Source: Clostridiales bacterium (GTDB lineage Bacteria; Bacillota; Clostridia; Caldicoprobacterales; DTU083). Taken from it: DNA of 64,000 nucleotides. This document shows positions 8,765-19,931 of this stretch, one piece after another (within the stretch, counting starts at the first letter, position 1; each line of letters opens with the position of its first letter). Location of the stretch: NCBI GenBank assembly GCA_012837325.1, contig DURK01000123.1:1662-65661 (forward strand). Direction: 5' to 3'. Made by a program: the position numbers and the translations under genes. The notes beneath the pieces were generated by a model. It made no database searches. It was not told the DNA's origin and saw only the letters and a program-made list of their open reading frames with translations.

Positions 8765-10342
8765 ATGAAAATCATTAAGCGCAGCAAGAATCCCAAAAAT
8801 AAGGAAGTCATGGACGAACAACAGCAATCCATGACAAAGAGTGAGGATTGTGTCAGTCTTGATCTATCAAAAAAGATAGAGGAAAACTACGAAAAATTTC
8901 AAGCCTTTTTAAAAGAAAGCTCAGATGCGGTTTTTCGGAAATTCAAATTGGGTCGCAGCGGGATCAATTGTGCACTTGTATATATAGACGGTTTAATAGA
9001 TAAAAATGTTGTCCATGATTCAATTTTACGGCCAATGATGTTTGAAATATCCCACTTTGAATATGAAGAGGATGTTATCAAACCGAGTGATGCGTATGAT
9101 TTAGTTTTAAATCATGCGGTATCCGTTGCAGATATCAAAGAAACAGCCAGCCTTGATGAAGCAATGCTCTATGTCATGTCCGGTGAAGCAGCCTTGATGG
9201 TCGATGGCTTTGAGAAATTAATTATTGTTAGTGCAAGAGGATGGGCCACAAGGGGGATTTCCGACCCGCAAACAGAAGGTGTTATCCGGGGGGCAAAAGA
9301 AGGGTTTACTGAAACCCTGAGAACCAATACCGCACTTCTCCGTAGAAAATGCAAGGATCCCAATATGGTAATCAAAACCATACGACTTGGCAGAAGAAGT
9401 AAGACTGATGTCGCTTATATTTATATCAAAGGTATTACAAATCCAAAGCTGTTGGAAGAAGTGGAAGAGAGGCTTATTAAGATCGATATCGATCAAATCA
9501 TCAGCTCGGGACATTTAGAACAACTGATTCAGGACAACCGCATTACCCCTATCCCACAATTACAGGCTACAGAGCGGCCTGATAAAGCCATTGCCAACCT
9601 GATGGAAGGTCGAGTCATTATTTTGGTGGATAACAGCCCCTTTGCTTTAACCATCCCCACTACCTTTGCCCAGTTCTTCCAAAGTCCCGAGGACTACAAT
9701 GAAAGATGGGTTGTAGCATCCTTTATCCGTTCATTAAGATGGATTGCTTCTTTTCTGGCAGTATTTACACCAGCCGTATACATCGCGGTTGTAACCTACC
9801 ATTCAGGCCTGATTCCTACTAGATTGGCCTTATCCATTGCAGCCACACGGGCAGGGGTTCCTTTCCCGTCAATAATTGAAGCTGTATTAATGGAAATTAC
9901 CATAGAATTACTTAGAGAATCCGGAGCCAGGCTTCCCAAGGCCATAGGTCAGACAATAGGGATTGTAGGTGGTTTGATTATAGGGGATGCTGCTGTCAAC
10001 GCTGGGCTGACAAGTCCTATTATGGTAATTGTGGTAGCACTGACTGCCATTGCCTCTTTTGTAATCCCTACTTACAGTGCTGCGATTGGGCTTCGGACCA
10101 TGCGTTTTCCTTTAATGGTATTGGCAGCTTTTTTCGGTTTGTACGGTGTTATGCTTGGATTTATCATTATTAACATACACCTGGTTTCCATTAAGACATT
10201 TGGTATGAGTTTTATGACTCCTCAGGCACCAACGATATTTCATGATTTAAAGGACTTTGTGATCCGGGCACCTGCAAGAAAAATGGTAAAAAGACCTGTT
10301 CAGTCGTATCCCATTGATATGATTCGAATGGATATGGAGTGA
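8765..10342 (+). CDS. spore germinant receptor, GerA-family A subunit
   Basis: 525 aa with a GGGGAGGA RBS. Soluble N-terminal domain plus C-terminal membrane domain. First gene of an overlapping A-B-C operon. Confidence 0.85.
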   Translation: MKIIKRSKNPKNKEVMDEQQQSMTKSEDCVSLDLSKKIEENYEKFQAFLKESSDAVFRKFKLGRSGINCALVYIDGLIDKNVVHDSILRPMMFEISHFEYEEDVIKPSDAYDLVLNHAVSVADIKETASLDEAMLYVMSGEAALMVDGFEKLIIVSARGWATRGISDPQTEGVIRGAKEGFTETLRTNTALLRRKCKDPNMVIKTIRLGRRSKTDVAYIYIKGITNPKLLEEVEERLIKIDIDQIISSGHLEQLIQDNRITPIPQLQATERPDKAIANLMEGRVIILVDNSPFALTIPTTFAQFFQSPEDYNERWVVASFIRSLRWIASFLAVFTPAVYIAVVTYHSGLIPTRLALSIAATRAGVPFPSIIEAVLMEITIELLRESGARLPKAIGQTIGIVGGLIIGDAAVNAGLTSPIMVIVVALTAIASFVIPTYSAAIGLRTMRFPLMVLAAFFGLYGVMLGFIIINIHLVSIKTFGMSFMTPQAPTIFHDLKDFVIRAPARKMVKRPVQSYPIDMIRMDME

Positions 10343-11442
10343 GGGGAGCAATGCAGATACAGCAAAAGGGCGTAACCGGTTTTCAGGTTTCAGCAACCGT
10401 AGCCCTAAGTTCAATAGGCTTAACAGTTTTGTTCGTTCCCCGCATTGCAGCTGAACATGCGGGTATCGATGGCGCACTGGCTGCATTTGCCGCCGGCATC
10501 TTTTCAATGATTATAACAAGCATTATTATTCTACTAAGCAAACGTTTCCCCAATCAGACTGTTATAGAGTATTCACAACAAATCCTGGGTAAATATCTTG
10601 GAAAGATTTTCGGAGCTATCATGATGGTCTATACGCTAACCGTGTCTTCCTATATTCTAAGAGGTTTTGCCGATGCAATGAAGATATTACTGTTACCAAG
10701 GACTCCCTTGGAAGTCATCATGATTTGCATGCTTCTGATCGTTCTCTATTGTGTTCACGGCGGTATATCTACCATTTCCAAAACCTTTGAAATTTTTTTA
10801 TTACCGGTTCTCCTGGTAATAGGTGCTACCTTGCTTTTCAATCTGTCAGATGTACAGTTGTTTCGGTTTCGGAGTTCTCTCTCTGAAGGAATCTTACCTG
10901 TCATACAAGGAGCAAGCGGCATTACATTCTCTTATCTGGGGTATGAAATTCTTTTTTTTCTCCTGCCTTTTGTTCAGGATAAGCAAAAGGTAATGTTGTT
11001 CGGCATAATTGGTATGGTTCCTTCTATTATCATATACAGCGGATTAACTTTTGTGGCGATCGGTATTCTTGATTCTCTGCCTACCTCTGAGCTGATGTAT
11101 CCAACGATTCATTTGGCAAGACGTATCGGATTTGAATTCATTGAACGGTTTGATATCTTTTTCATTGTTTTTTGGATTTTAGCTGTCTTTACATCTCTTA
11201 CAATCTACCTTTATATGGCTGCCATATCTCTAACACGTTTGATTGGTTTACGCAACTACAAGCCCTTTATTTCCATTTTGCTCCCAGTCTGCTATTCAAT
11301 TGCCATACTACCGCAAAATATTTCAGAGATTGGCATTTTAGGTCTGATAACGAACTACAGTGGCTTGTTCATCATACTAAACAGCATACCATTGCTGATT
11401 CTGTCCATCATTCGGAAAAAGGGAGGAGTGAACAATGCTTAA
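10339..11442 (+). CDS. spore germinant receptor, B subunit (APC-type permease fold)
   Basis: About 10-TM protein. The GTG overlaps the upstream stop (GTGA). An alternative ATG at 10351 follows GAGGGGAG. Confidence 0.8.
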   Translation: MRGAMQIQQKGVTGFQVSATVALSSIGLTVLFVPRIAAEHAGIDGALAAFAAGIFSMIITSIIILLSKRFPNQTVIEYSQQILGKYLGKIFGAIMMVYTLTVSSYILRGFADAMKILLLPRTPLEVIMICMLLIVLYCVHGGISTISKTFEIFLLPVLLVIGATLLFNLSDVQLFRFRSSLSEGILPVIQGASGITFSYLGYEILFFLLPFVQDKQKVMLFGIIGMVPSIIIYSGLTFVAIGILDSLPTSELMYPTIHLARRIGFEFIERFDIFFIVFWILAVFTSLTIYLYMAAISLTRLIGLRNYKPFISILLPVCYSIAILPQNISEIGILGLITNYSGLFIILNSIPLLILSIIRKKGGVNNA

Positions 11443-12568
11443 AAAATGTGTTGTTGTGTGCATATTATTGTTTTTACTCTTGGCAACCACATCATGCTGG
11501 GATCACCTGGAAATTGAAAGACAAGCTTTTATTTTAGGTCTTGCTATGGATAAAGCTGAAAACGGTCAAGAAATAGAGGTAACCTTTCAGATTGCCAAAC
11601 CTCAGGCTTTTACGGGAGATGCCAATGCAGATGATCCTTTTTGGAATACCACTCAAATTTCTGTTGATATGACAGAGGCATATAAGCAATTGACTAAGGC
11701 AATCAATCAGATCCCAACACTGGAGCATTGTCAGGTTATCCTAATTGGAGAGGAACTGGCAAGAGGTGGATTGGAAGAGAACTTTGATTATCTGTTTCGA
11801 ACGCATGAAATAAGGCGATTGGTGCGTATCGGAGTTGTACAGGGCAAAGCAAAGGATGTATTGGATATGGAGTTTCAAACAGACTTATTGCCTGCTTTTG
11901 TTCTTTCCGAGATGATGGAAGAAAACAGTAAACACTCACTGGAAGTAACAGACTTCATGAATATTGGAAAGCTTCATACCGCAGATGCAACGGGGAATGA
12001 TTTTGTTTTATCACGAGTTGTACCACTTGATAATAAAATACTAGATATGTCAGGTGCAGGTGTATTTCAGGATTTAAAGCTGATTGGTTGGCTGAGTGGG
12101 AAAGAATTAACCGGAATCCGATTTATAAGGGGGGATGTCGGATCAGGTTACCTGGCATTACAGCTTCCTGAAGACCTTGGAAAGCGTGCCATGCTGGAGA
12201 TATTCGAAACCAACTCCATTATGGAGCCTGAAATAAGAGACAACAGGTTATACGTACACCTGGAGCTGCGCATTGAAGGTGATATCATAGAGATCATAAA
12301 ACAAAATGAAGAGATTGCCGAAATGGAATTTCTGAAACGTTTGGAGCAGCTTTACGAACAGGATATAAAAAACAATATACAAAAATCTTTTCAGAAGATG
12401 CAAATCGAATTCAACAGCGATCCCTTCCTCTTGAAGGAAAAAGTAAAGAGCTATTATCCCGAGTTTTGGAAGCAAAACCATGAAATGTGGGATGAAATTT
12501 ACAGATCTGCGATATTGGAAACGGAAGCCAGGGTATTGATACGCCGGATTGGTGAAATCAGGCATTAA
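11435..12568 (+). CDS. spore germinant receptor, C subunit lipoprotein (Ger(x)C family)
   Basis: 377 aa with a GGGAGGAG RBS. Lipobox-like LLLATTSC signal sequence. Overlaps the B subunit by 8 nt. Confidence 0.8.
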   Translation: MLKKCVVVCILLFLLLATTSCWDHLEIERQAFILGLAMDKAENGQEIEVTFQIAKPQAFTGDANADDPFWNTTQISVDMTEAYKQLTKAINQIPTLEHCQVILIGEELARGGLEENFDYLFRTHEIRRLVRIGVVQGKAKDVLDMEFQTDLLPAFVLSEMMEENSKHSLEVTDFMNIGKLHTADATGNDFVLSRVVPLDNKILDMSGAGVFQDLKLIGWLSGKELTGIRFIRGDVGSGYLALQLPEDLGKRAMLEIFETNSIMEPEIRDNRLYVHLELRIEGDIIEIIKQNEEIAEMEFLKRLEQLYEQDIKNNIQKSFQKMQIEFNSDPFLLKEKVKSYYPEFWKQNHEMWDEIYRSAILETEARVLIRRIGEIRH

Positions 12569-12644
12569 ACCAAACTGATGCTATATAATTGACATCATTG
12601 TCTTATATTGGTAAGTGATTTCCGGACTAACACATGAAATTTGA

Positions 12645-12863
12645 TCAACCAAAGAGCTTTACAGCAATAAAAACAGCTAAGCTCCCGCTTACATAGAGGT
12701 ACCCAATAACTCTTCCAATCTTGTATTCCTTCTTAAACTCCGTATCTGAATTGTGAATCAGGAATGGATAAACAAAGGAAAGAATAATCCCGCAGAATAT
12801 AGATAAGCCAACAAAGTAAGAAGAGAATATCATTTTTAAAATGAGAAAAAAGCTGTCAATCAT
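12645..12863 (-). CDS. small (72 aa) membrane protein
   Basis: AGGAGGG lies 7 nt upstream of the ATG. Two to three hydrophobic helices. Confidence 0.55.
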   Translation of the reverse strand: MIDSFFLILKMIFSSYFVGLSIFCGIILSFVYPFLIHNSDTEFKKEYKIGRVIGYLYVSGSLAVFIAVKLFG

Positions 12864-12907
12864 TATGCAACCCTCCTAGTTTATTAATGCCCTTTTTCTG
12901 CTGAAAC

Positions 12908-12936
12908 TTGCGCAAAAAACATGAAGCTTATATAAT
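12908..12936 (+). promoter_or_regulatory. possible sigma-A promoter of miaB
   Basis: TTGCGC, 17-nt spacer, TATAAT, about 30 nt upstream of the start. Confidence 0.4.
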
Positions 12937-12968
12937 GTTTCTATTATAAGTTCGAAAGGAAGACTTCA

Positions 12969-14396
12969 ATGTCAAATAGGAGAAAGGATTCTGTTTCATC
13001 ACTGGAAAGGCTGGAGCAGATACAATATATTGACAATTTAAAAAATCGTATTTTCAAAAAAGGTCTAAAATATCATATTGTTACCTATGGTTGCCAAATG
13101 AATGTCCATGATTCTGAAAAACTGGCTGGCATGCTGCATGAAATCGGATATACACAAACCGATGATCAACGCCAGGCGGATTTGATTTTGTTCAATACCT
13201 GTTGTGTACGTGAAAATGCAGAATTAAGAGTATATGGAAACGTTGGTGCACTAAAATCTTTCAAGCAGGCCAACCCCAACCTAATTATCGGTATTTGCGG
13301 TTGTATGATGCAGCAAAACGATGTATCTGAATATATAAAAAGTACATTTCCCTTTGTCGATTTGATATTCGGAACTCATAATCTTCATCGATTTCCGCTG
13401 TTGTTGCTTCAGGCAATGGATTCCAACCAAACTGTGATCGAGATACTCGATACGGAAGGTGCTGTCGTAGAGCATGTTCCTGCCAAGCGTGCCAAAGAAG
13501 TCAGTGCCTGGGTTACCATAATGTATGGCTGCAATAACTTTTGCAGTTATTGTATTGTACCTTATGTCAGAGGCAGAGAGCGAAGCAGACTGAAAGATGA
13601 TATTCTTAGCGAAATTCATGAGCTGGCCGGCAGGGGGTATAAGGAAGTAACCTTATTGGGGCAGAATGTAAATTCCTATGGCAAGGACCTGAATCATAAG
13701 TACCTGTTCCATAATCTTCTCCGAGATATCAATGAAATTAATGGAATCCAACGTATCCGTTTTATGACATCACACCCCAAAGATCTGTCTGATGAATTGA
13801 TTCAAACGATGGCTGAGTGTGATAAAGTCTGCAAACACCTTCACCTTCCAATACAGGCTGGCAGTAATCGGATATTGCATTCTATGAACCGAAAGTATAC
13901 CAGAGAAGATTATTCAGGTTTGGTGGGGAAGGTTAAAGCAGTTATTCCTGAAATAGCACTGACTACCGATATCATTGTCGGATTCCCCGGGGAAACAGAA
14001 AATGATTTTCTTGAAACATTGGAGATAGTCGAGCAAGTACGATATGATTCTGCATTTACATTTCTTTACTCTCCCCGAAAAGGGACACCTGCAGAGAAAA
14101 GAAAGGATCAAATTCCTCAGGATGCAAAAAAGGATCGGCTTTTGCGATTGAATGATGCTGTCAATAGAATCAGTCTGGAAAAGAATCTTGCTTATATTGG
14201 GAGAAATGTAGAAGTATTGGTAGAGGGAGTAAGTAAAAATCGGACAGATGTTTTGACTGGACGAACAGATACCAATAAAACCGTAAATTTGAAAGGAGAC
14301 AGCGATCTGATAGGGAAAATCGCAACAGTAGAGATAACAAATGCTCATTCCTGGTCACTGGAAGGCAGGGTTGCAGTACCTGCAGACTTGCTTTGA
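12969..14396 (+). CDS. miaB: tRNA-i6A37 methylthiotransferase
   Basis: 475 aa with the N-terminal YHIVTYGCQMNVHDSE motif, the radical-SAM CNNFCSYCIVP motif and a TRAM-like C-terminus. Confidence 0.85.
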   Translation: MSNRRKDSVSSLERLEQIQYIDNLKNRIFKKGLKYHIVTYGCQMNVHDSEKLAGMLHEIGYTQTDDQRQADLILFNTCCVRENAELRVYGNVGALKSFKQANPNLIIGICGCMMQQNDVSEYIKSTFPFVDLIFGTHNLHRFPLLLLQAMDSNQTVIEILDTEGAVVEHVPAKRAKEVSAWVTIMYGCNNFCSYCIVPYVRGRERSRLKDDILSEIHELAGRGYKEVTLLGQNVNSYGKDLNHKYLFHNLLRDINEINGIQRIRFMTSHPKDLSDELIQTMAECDKVCKHLHLPIQAGSNRILHSMNRKYTREDYSGLVGKVKAVIPEIALTTDIIVGFPGETENDFLETLEIVEQVRYDSAFTFLYSPRKGTPAEKRKDQIPQDAKKDRLLRLNDAVNRISLEKNLAYIGRNVEVLVEGVSKNRTDVLTGRTDTNKTVNLKGDSDLIGKIATVEITNAHSWSLEGRVAVPADLL

Positions 14397-14463
14397 CAGC
14401 TTGCAGGTTTTGACTGCCCGGGGTATAATTAACACTGGGTATATCCTGGACAGGAGGTATAAT

Positions 14464-17085
14464 ATGGCAGGTCTGACCCCTATGATGCAGCAATATATGC
14501 AGATTAAAGAGCAGCACAAAGATGCCATTCTTTTTTTCCGATTAGGAGATTTTTATGAAATGTTCTTTGAAGATGCAATCCTTGCTTCACGTGAGTTGGA
14601 GATTACACTAACCGGCAGGGAATGCGGGCTTGAGGATAAGGCACCAATGTGCGGTGTGCCTTATCACGCAGCAGATGGATACATCGCAAGGTTAATTGAA
14701 AAAGGACATAAAGTAGCCATATGTGAACAAACTCAGGATCCGGAAGAAGCCAATGGGCTGGTTGAGCGACAGGTAATCCGGGTCATTACTCCTGGTACTC
14801 TTATAGAAAGCTCCATATTGGAAGAGAAAGCCAACAATTACCTGCTGTCTCTTTTTCGGGATGCTCAATCTTTTGGCTTAGCCGGTGTAGATGTCTCAAC
14901 GGGAGAATTTTTTATTTCTGAAATCACTACAGGTGATGTTCTTGATCAGGTAATGAACGAGCTGTCTCGAATTCAGCCCAGTGAAATTTTGATAAATGAC
15001 TCTCTGCAAATAGATCAAGGATTTTTAAATGTAATTCGACATCGATATTCCTCCCATATTACCCCTTATCCGGAATGGTCTTATCAAAAGATCAACGCAT
15101 ATCAGGCTTTGTTGGAACATTTTCAAGTACGATCACTGGAGATATACGGCTGCGAAGATATGACATATGGAATCTGTGCAGCCGGCGCTTTGATTGCATA
15201 TTTAACTGAAACCCAGAAAAATGCTCTGAGTCACATCAATTTTATTAAAACCCTGTCCAGCCATTCCTATATGGTGTTGGATGAAACAGCCAGGCGCAAT
15301 CTGGAACTGACAGAAACCATACGAGGCAAGAATAAAAAAGGTTCTCTGCTTTGGATCTTGGATAAAACCGAGACAGCTATGGGGGGCAGGTTAATAAGAC
15401 AATGGATTCAGCAGCCATTGATCCACAAAGAGAGCATAGAAGCTCGATTGGATGCAGTGCAGGAATTGATGGAAAACTCCATAAAGGCTGAGGAGATCAA
15501 GGAGCTTCTCCAAAAGATGTATGATCTGGAGCGATTGGCAGGCAGGATTGCATTTGGCAGTGCCAATGCTCGTGATTTACTCTCCTTAAAGCAGTCCTTG
15601 CAGCTGCTGCCGAAAATTAAGATGCTGCTGAAAGACTGCAACAGCACTCTGTTGTCTATGTTTCATATAAAAATGGATACAATGGATGACATCTATGAAT
15701 TACTTGAGCAGACTATTTTTGAAGATCCACCTTTGGCTTTGAAAGAAGGGAACCTGATTAAGGATGGGTGGAACGAAGAGCTGGATCAATATCGTCTGGC
15801 AATCACTCAAGGTAAAAATTGGATTGCAGCATTGGAACAGCAGGAACGTGACAAAACAGGGATTAAGACCTTGAAAATCGGGTTCAACAAGGTGTTCGGG
15901 TATTATATAGATGTCACCAAATCCTATTATGATCTGGTACCGGAATCCTATATCCGGAAACAAACACTGGCCAATTCAGAGCGGTACATCACACCTGAGT
16001 TAAAGGAAGTAGAAAATAAAGTGCTAGGTGCTGAAGACAAGAGTATCCGAATGGAATATCAATTGTTTATTGAAATACGGGAACAAGTTAGTAAGGAGAT
16101 AGATCGGATTCAAGCTGCAGCAGCAATCCTTGCCTCTTTAGATGCTCTGCTGTCCTTTGCTCGAGTCTCTTTCGAGAACCATTACAGCAGACCAACTATA
16201 CGGGAAGATGGGCTTATCAACATCAAAGATGGACGACATCCTGTTGTAGAGAAGACCATGGGCAATGGTCTATTTGTACCCAATAATACAAATATGCAAA
16301 CCGGAGCAGACCACCTGATGATTATAACCGGGCCTAATATGGCAGGAAAAAGTACTTATATGCGCCAAGTAGCTTTAATTGTTTTAATGGCTCAAGTTGG
16401 TTGTTTTGTTCCTGCAAAAAAAGCGGATATCGGAATTGTAGATCGAATCTTTACCAGAGTGGGTGCGTCGGATGATCTATCATCCGGCCAGAGTACTTTT
16501 ATGGTAGAGATGAGCGAGGTTGCAAATATCCTTCATAATGCAACCTCCAACAGTCTGTTGATTTTAGATGAAATAGGGAGGGGTACGAGCACATACGATG
16601 GTTTGAGCATCGCTTACGCTGTTGTAGAGCATATATGCCAGACTCCGGCTATTAAGGCCAAAACCCTGTTTGCAACTCATTACCATGAGCTTACCGAACT
16701 GGAAGGACAGCTTCCAGGAGCTAGAAACTATTGTATTGCTGTTAGAGAAAAAGGTGATGATATTATTTTTCTTCGCAGGATTGTAAGGGGAGGAGCAGAT
16801 AAGAGCTTTGGTATACAAGTAGCCAAGTTAGCAGGTTTACCTGAGGAGGTTATCCAGCGCGCCAAAAGAATACTGAAAAAGCTGGAGGATTCTGATATTA
16901 ATAAACATAAGAATAAAAGTGCTGCCATTTCGGAATCTGATTCAAGCAACATGAAGCAAATGGATATGTTCCATATCGGGCCTTCTGAGATTGAAAAGGA
17001 GCTGCAAGAACTGGATGTAGATGTGATGACACCTATCGAAGCAATTGGTATTCTGCATCGATTGGTACAAAAGGCAAAAGAATAG
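14464..17085 (+). CDS. mutS: DNA mismatch repair protein MutS
   Basis: ATG at 14464 follows GGAGG. The N-terminus MAGLTPMMQQYMQIKEQ is the canonical MutS start, and the Walker A motif GPNMAGKST is present. The ORF-track start at 14341 overlaps miaB and is not used. Confidence 0.92.
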   Translation: MAGLTPMMQQYMQIKEQHKDAILFFRLGDFYEMFFEDAILASRELEITLTGRECGLEDKAPMCGVPYHAADGYIARLIEKGHKVAICEQTQDPEEANGLVERQVIRVITPGTLIESSILEEKANNYLLSLFRDAQSFGLAGVDVSTGEFFISEITTGDVLDQVMNELSRIQPSEILINDSLQIDQGFLNVIRHRYSSHITPYPEWSYQKINAYQALLEHFQVRSLEIYGCEDMTYGICAAGALIAYLTETQKNALSHINFIKTLSSHSYMVLDETARRNLELTETIRGKNKKGSLLWILDKTETAMGGRLIRQWIQQPLIHKESIEARLDAVQELMENSIKAEEIKELLQKMYDLERLAGRIAFGSANARDLLSLKQSLQLLPKIKMLLKDCNSTLLSMFHIKMDTMDDIYELLEQTIFEDPPLALKEGNLIKDGWNEELDQYRLAITQGKNWIAALEQQERDKTGIKTLKIGFNKVFGYYIDVTKSYYDLVPESYIRKQTLANSERYITPELKEVENKVLGAEDKSIRMEYQLFIEIREQVSKEIDRIQAAAAILASLDALLSFARVSFENHYSRPTIREDGLINIKDGRHPVVEKTMGNGLFVPNNTNMQTGADHLMIITGPNMAGKSTYMRQVALIVLMAQVGCFVPAKKADIGIVDRIFTRVGASDDLSSGQSTFMVEMSEVANILHNATSNSLLILDEIGRGTSTYDGLSIAYAVVEHICQTPAIKAKTLFATHYHELTELEGQLPGARNYCIAVREKGDDIIFLRRIVRGGADKSFGIQVAKLAGLPEEVIQRAKRILKKLEDSDINKHKNKSAAISESDSSNMKQMDMFHIGPSEIEKELQELDVDVMTPIEAIGILHRLVQKAKE

Positions 17086-17100
17086 AGGGGAAGGAAGCTA

Positions 17101-18882
17101 ATGGCTGTCATTCAAAAGCTTGACAACAAAACGATCAATCAAATCGCAGCAGGAGAAGTGGTAGAGCGGCCATCCTCCATTGTCAAGGAATTGGTCGAGA
17201 ATTCCATTGATGCTGATGCCAGAGCAATAACCATTGAAATAAAAAACGGCGGCATTTCGCTGATTCGTGTGACCGATAACGGGATTGGCATGGACAGAGA
17301 AGATGCCGAAACCGCCTTTCATAGACATGCAACCAGTAAAATTTCCAGTGTTGATGATTTGAATCACATCCAAACTCTTGGATTTCGCGGAGAAGCTTTA
17401 GCCAGCATTGCAGCTGTTACACAAATGGAGTTGCTGACCAGACAGAAAGGAACGATTTCCGGCTGCCAAATAATAAATCACGGAGGACAGTTTGTTAAAA
17501 TATCCGAAGTGGGTTGCCCGGAAGGTACCACCATTTTGGTACGAAACTTATTCTATAATACCCCGGCACGACTGAAATTTTTAAAATCAGCCCGCAGTGA
17601 AACAGCAGCAATCAGTGATTTATTGGCCAAGCTTATATTAGCCAATCCCCATATTTCCATCAGGTATATCAACAATGAGAGAACAATATACCATTCACCC
17701 GGCAATGAAAATCTATTAGATGCTATTATAAGTGTTTACGGAAAGGATATTAAAGACCAACTGGTAATGATAAACTCAAATACGGAAAATGATCTTTCCA
17801 TTTCAGGATATGTTGGAAAGCCGTCTCTGAACAGAGCTAATCGAACACATCAATCCTTTTATGTAAACGGCCGCTATGTTTATAGTAACTTGTTGTCAAA
17901 ATGTCTGGAAGAGGCCTTAAAAGAACAGACGATGATCAATCAGTTTCCCTGGTGCGTTCTGAACATCCGTCTGCCTGCCCAGGAAGTGGATGTCAATGTG
18001 CACCCGTCCAAGACTCGTATCCGTTTTCGAAATCCGGAGAAAATCAGTAAATTCCTTACAGACCGTATTGTGGGTGCAATTGTGAAACATCCCTATATTC
18101 CCGAAGTGTTCCCTTCACTGGAATACAAAGAAAAGCTGCCACCAAAGATTGAAGTAAATGAAGAAAAGAACATGAGAGATGCTGTCAGTGAAATAGAGCA
18201 AAGCAAACCGGCTAAACATGTTCATATCAAAAGGGAGTTTCAAGAAGAAATGTTTCCAGATCCCGGTATGGTTGGTATTAAGAATGATAATACTATAGAT
18301 GTCTATAATTTCATGAAGTTGAATATAATAGGAAGTGCTTTTTCAACCTTTATTTTAGTAGAGTCGGATACTCAGCTTTACATCATTGATCAGCATGCTG
18401 CTCATGAGCGGCTGATTTATGAACAGCTCAGGGAATCCATATATAAACAGCAGGTAGTCAGTCAACAACTGCTGCCGCCATATTTATTGGAAATGACTCA
18501 TGATGAATTTATTGCCATTATGGATAATTTGGAATCATTCCGGGCCGTGGGTTTTGAAATAGAGCCATTTGGCGGTAAAGCCTTTTTAATCAGGGGAATA
18601 CCGGTTATCCTGAAGGAAGCGAATATCCATGAGTTATTCAATGAATTGATGGATGGAGCAGACAAAATAAATCAAAAAATAATGCTGCAGCAAGAGGATA
18701 TCATAAAAATGTCGTGCAAAAAGGCAGTAAAAGCCCATGATAGATTGTCCCAACAGGAAATACGCGATCTGTTAAAAGAATTGGATTTAAATAGTTTCCC
18801 TCCAACTTGTCCTCATGGAAGACCTATTATGATTTCCATGAGCCGATATGAGCTGGAGAAACGGTTCAAAAGAATTCAATAG
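17101..18882 (+). CDS. mutL: DNA mismatch repair protein MutL
   Basis: 593 aa with the GHKL ATPase N-terminus (IAAGEVVERPSSIVKELVENSIDA). Confidence 0.92.
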   Translation: MAVIQKLDNKTINQIAAGEVVERPSSIVKELVENSIDADARAITIEIKNGGISLIRVTDNGIGMDREDAETAFHRHATSKISSVDDLNHIQTLGFRGEALASIAAVTQMELLTRQKGTISGCQIINHGGQFVKISEVGCPEGTTILVRNLFYNTPARLKFLKSARSETAAISDLLAKLILANPHISIRYINNERTIYHSPGNENLLDAIISVYGKDIKDQLVMINSNTENDLSISGYVGKPSLNRANRTHQSFYVNGRYVYSNLLSKCLEEALKEQTMINQFPWCVLNIRLPAQEVDVNVHPSKTRIRFRNPEKISKFLTDRIVGAIVKHPYIPEVFPSLEYKEKLPPKIEVNEEKNMRDAVSEIEQSKPAKHVHIKREFQEEMFPDPGMVGIKNDNTIDVYNFMKLNIIGSAFSTFILVESDTQLYIIDQHAAHERLIYEQLRESIYKQQVVSQQLLPPYLLEMTHDEFIAIMDNLESFRAVGFEIEPFGGKAFLIRGIPVILKEANIHELFNELMDGADKINQKIMLQQEDIIKMSCKKAVKAHDRLSQQEIRDLLKELDLNSFPPTCPHGRPIMISMSRYELEKRFKRIQ

Positions 18883-18896
18883 GGGAAAGTTGTAGC

Positions 18897-19847
18897 ATGA
18901 GCAAAATTTCCTTACTCGTAATTACCGGTCCAACTGCTTCGGGAAAAACTGCTTTGGCAATCGAGGCAGCCAGCCATCTTAACGGTGAGATTATATCTGC
19001 GGATTCCATGCAGATCTATCGATATATGGATATTGGTACAGCAAAACCTACCATAGAAGAGCAGCAAGGCATTCCACATCATATGATTGATATTGTGGAT
19101 CCGGATGAAGAATACAATGCTGCATTGTATCAACAACACGCAAAAGATTGCATTCAAGACATAGCGGAAAGGGGAAAGCTGCCTATACTTGCAGGTGGAA
19201 CCGGGCTGTATATTAACTCCATTATTTATCCTATGAACTTCACCGATGCAGTGAACGACCCGGATTATCGTAAACAATTACAGGAGATGTTGGTTGAGTA
19301 TGGTGCTCTATATCTGCACAATATGCTGAGAAAGATTGATCCGGATACAGCTGACAGGCTTCACCATAATGATACTCGTAGAATAGTAAGAGCTTTAGAG
19401 GTTTATCACGTATCCGGAAAAACCATGAAGGAATGCCAGCAGGATTATAGAAAGATGGAATCTCCATACAATTTGCTTTTATATGGATTAACGATGGATC
19501 GTCAGCGATTATATGACAGAATTAATCTAAGAGTTGATAATATGATCAAAGCGGGATTGATTCAAGAGGTGAAAAGCTTATTAAGCAGAGGGTACACAAA
19601 AGATCTGGTTTCCATGCAAGGACTGGGATATAAAGAAATGATATCATACTTGCGAGGTTTATCAACCCTGGATGAAACACTTTCTATCCTGAAGCGTGAT
19701 ACCCGAAGATTTGCAAAACGTCAGCTGACCTGGTTTAGAAGAGAAGATAGAATGCTGTGGCTAAACCGTGATAAATTTAATGATTCCAGTTCGATGACCA
19801 AGTGGCTGATAACGGATGTTAAGAAGAAACTGCTTTCTAATTGGTAA
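18897..19847 (+). CDS. miaA: tRNA dimethylallyltransferase
   Basis: 316 aa with the P-loop GPTASGKT, in the conserved mutL-miaA-hfq gene order. Confidence 0.9.
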   Translation: MSKISLLVITGPTASGKTALAIEAASHLNGEIISADSMQIYRYMDIGTAKPTIEEQQGIPHHMIDIVDPDEEYNAALYQQHAKDCIQDIAERGKLPILAGGTGLYINSIIYPMNFTDAVNDPDYRKQLQEMLVEYGALYLHNMLRKIDPDTADRLHHNDTRRIVRALEVYHVSGKTMKECQQDYRKMESPYNLLLYGLTMDRQRLYDRINLRVDNMIKAGLIQEVKSLLSRGYTKDLVSMQGLGYKEMISYLRGLSTLDETLSILKRDTRRFAKRQLTWFRREDRMLWLNRDKFNDSSSMTKWLITDVKKKLLSNW

Positions 19848-19931
19848 TGAATGGTGTATAATAATAGGGAATTGCACACCAATGAATACCGTTAGATGTC
19901 GGAACAAGGAATAGGAAAGGTGGTATGGCAA

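Noticed and set aside
14341-14463. Upstream extension of the MutS ORF overlapping miaB
   Set aside because: The canonical MutS N-terminus (MAGLTPMMQQYMQIKEQ) begins at 14464, directly after a GGAGG. The extension is read-through of the miaB 3' end in another frame.
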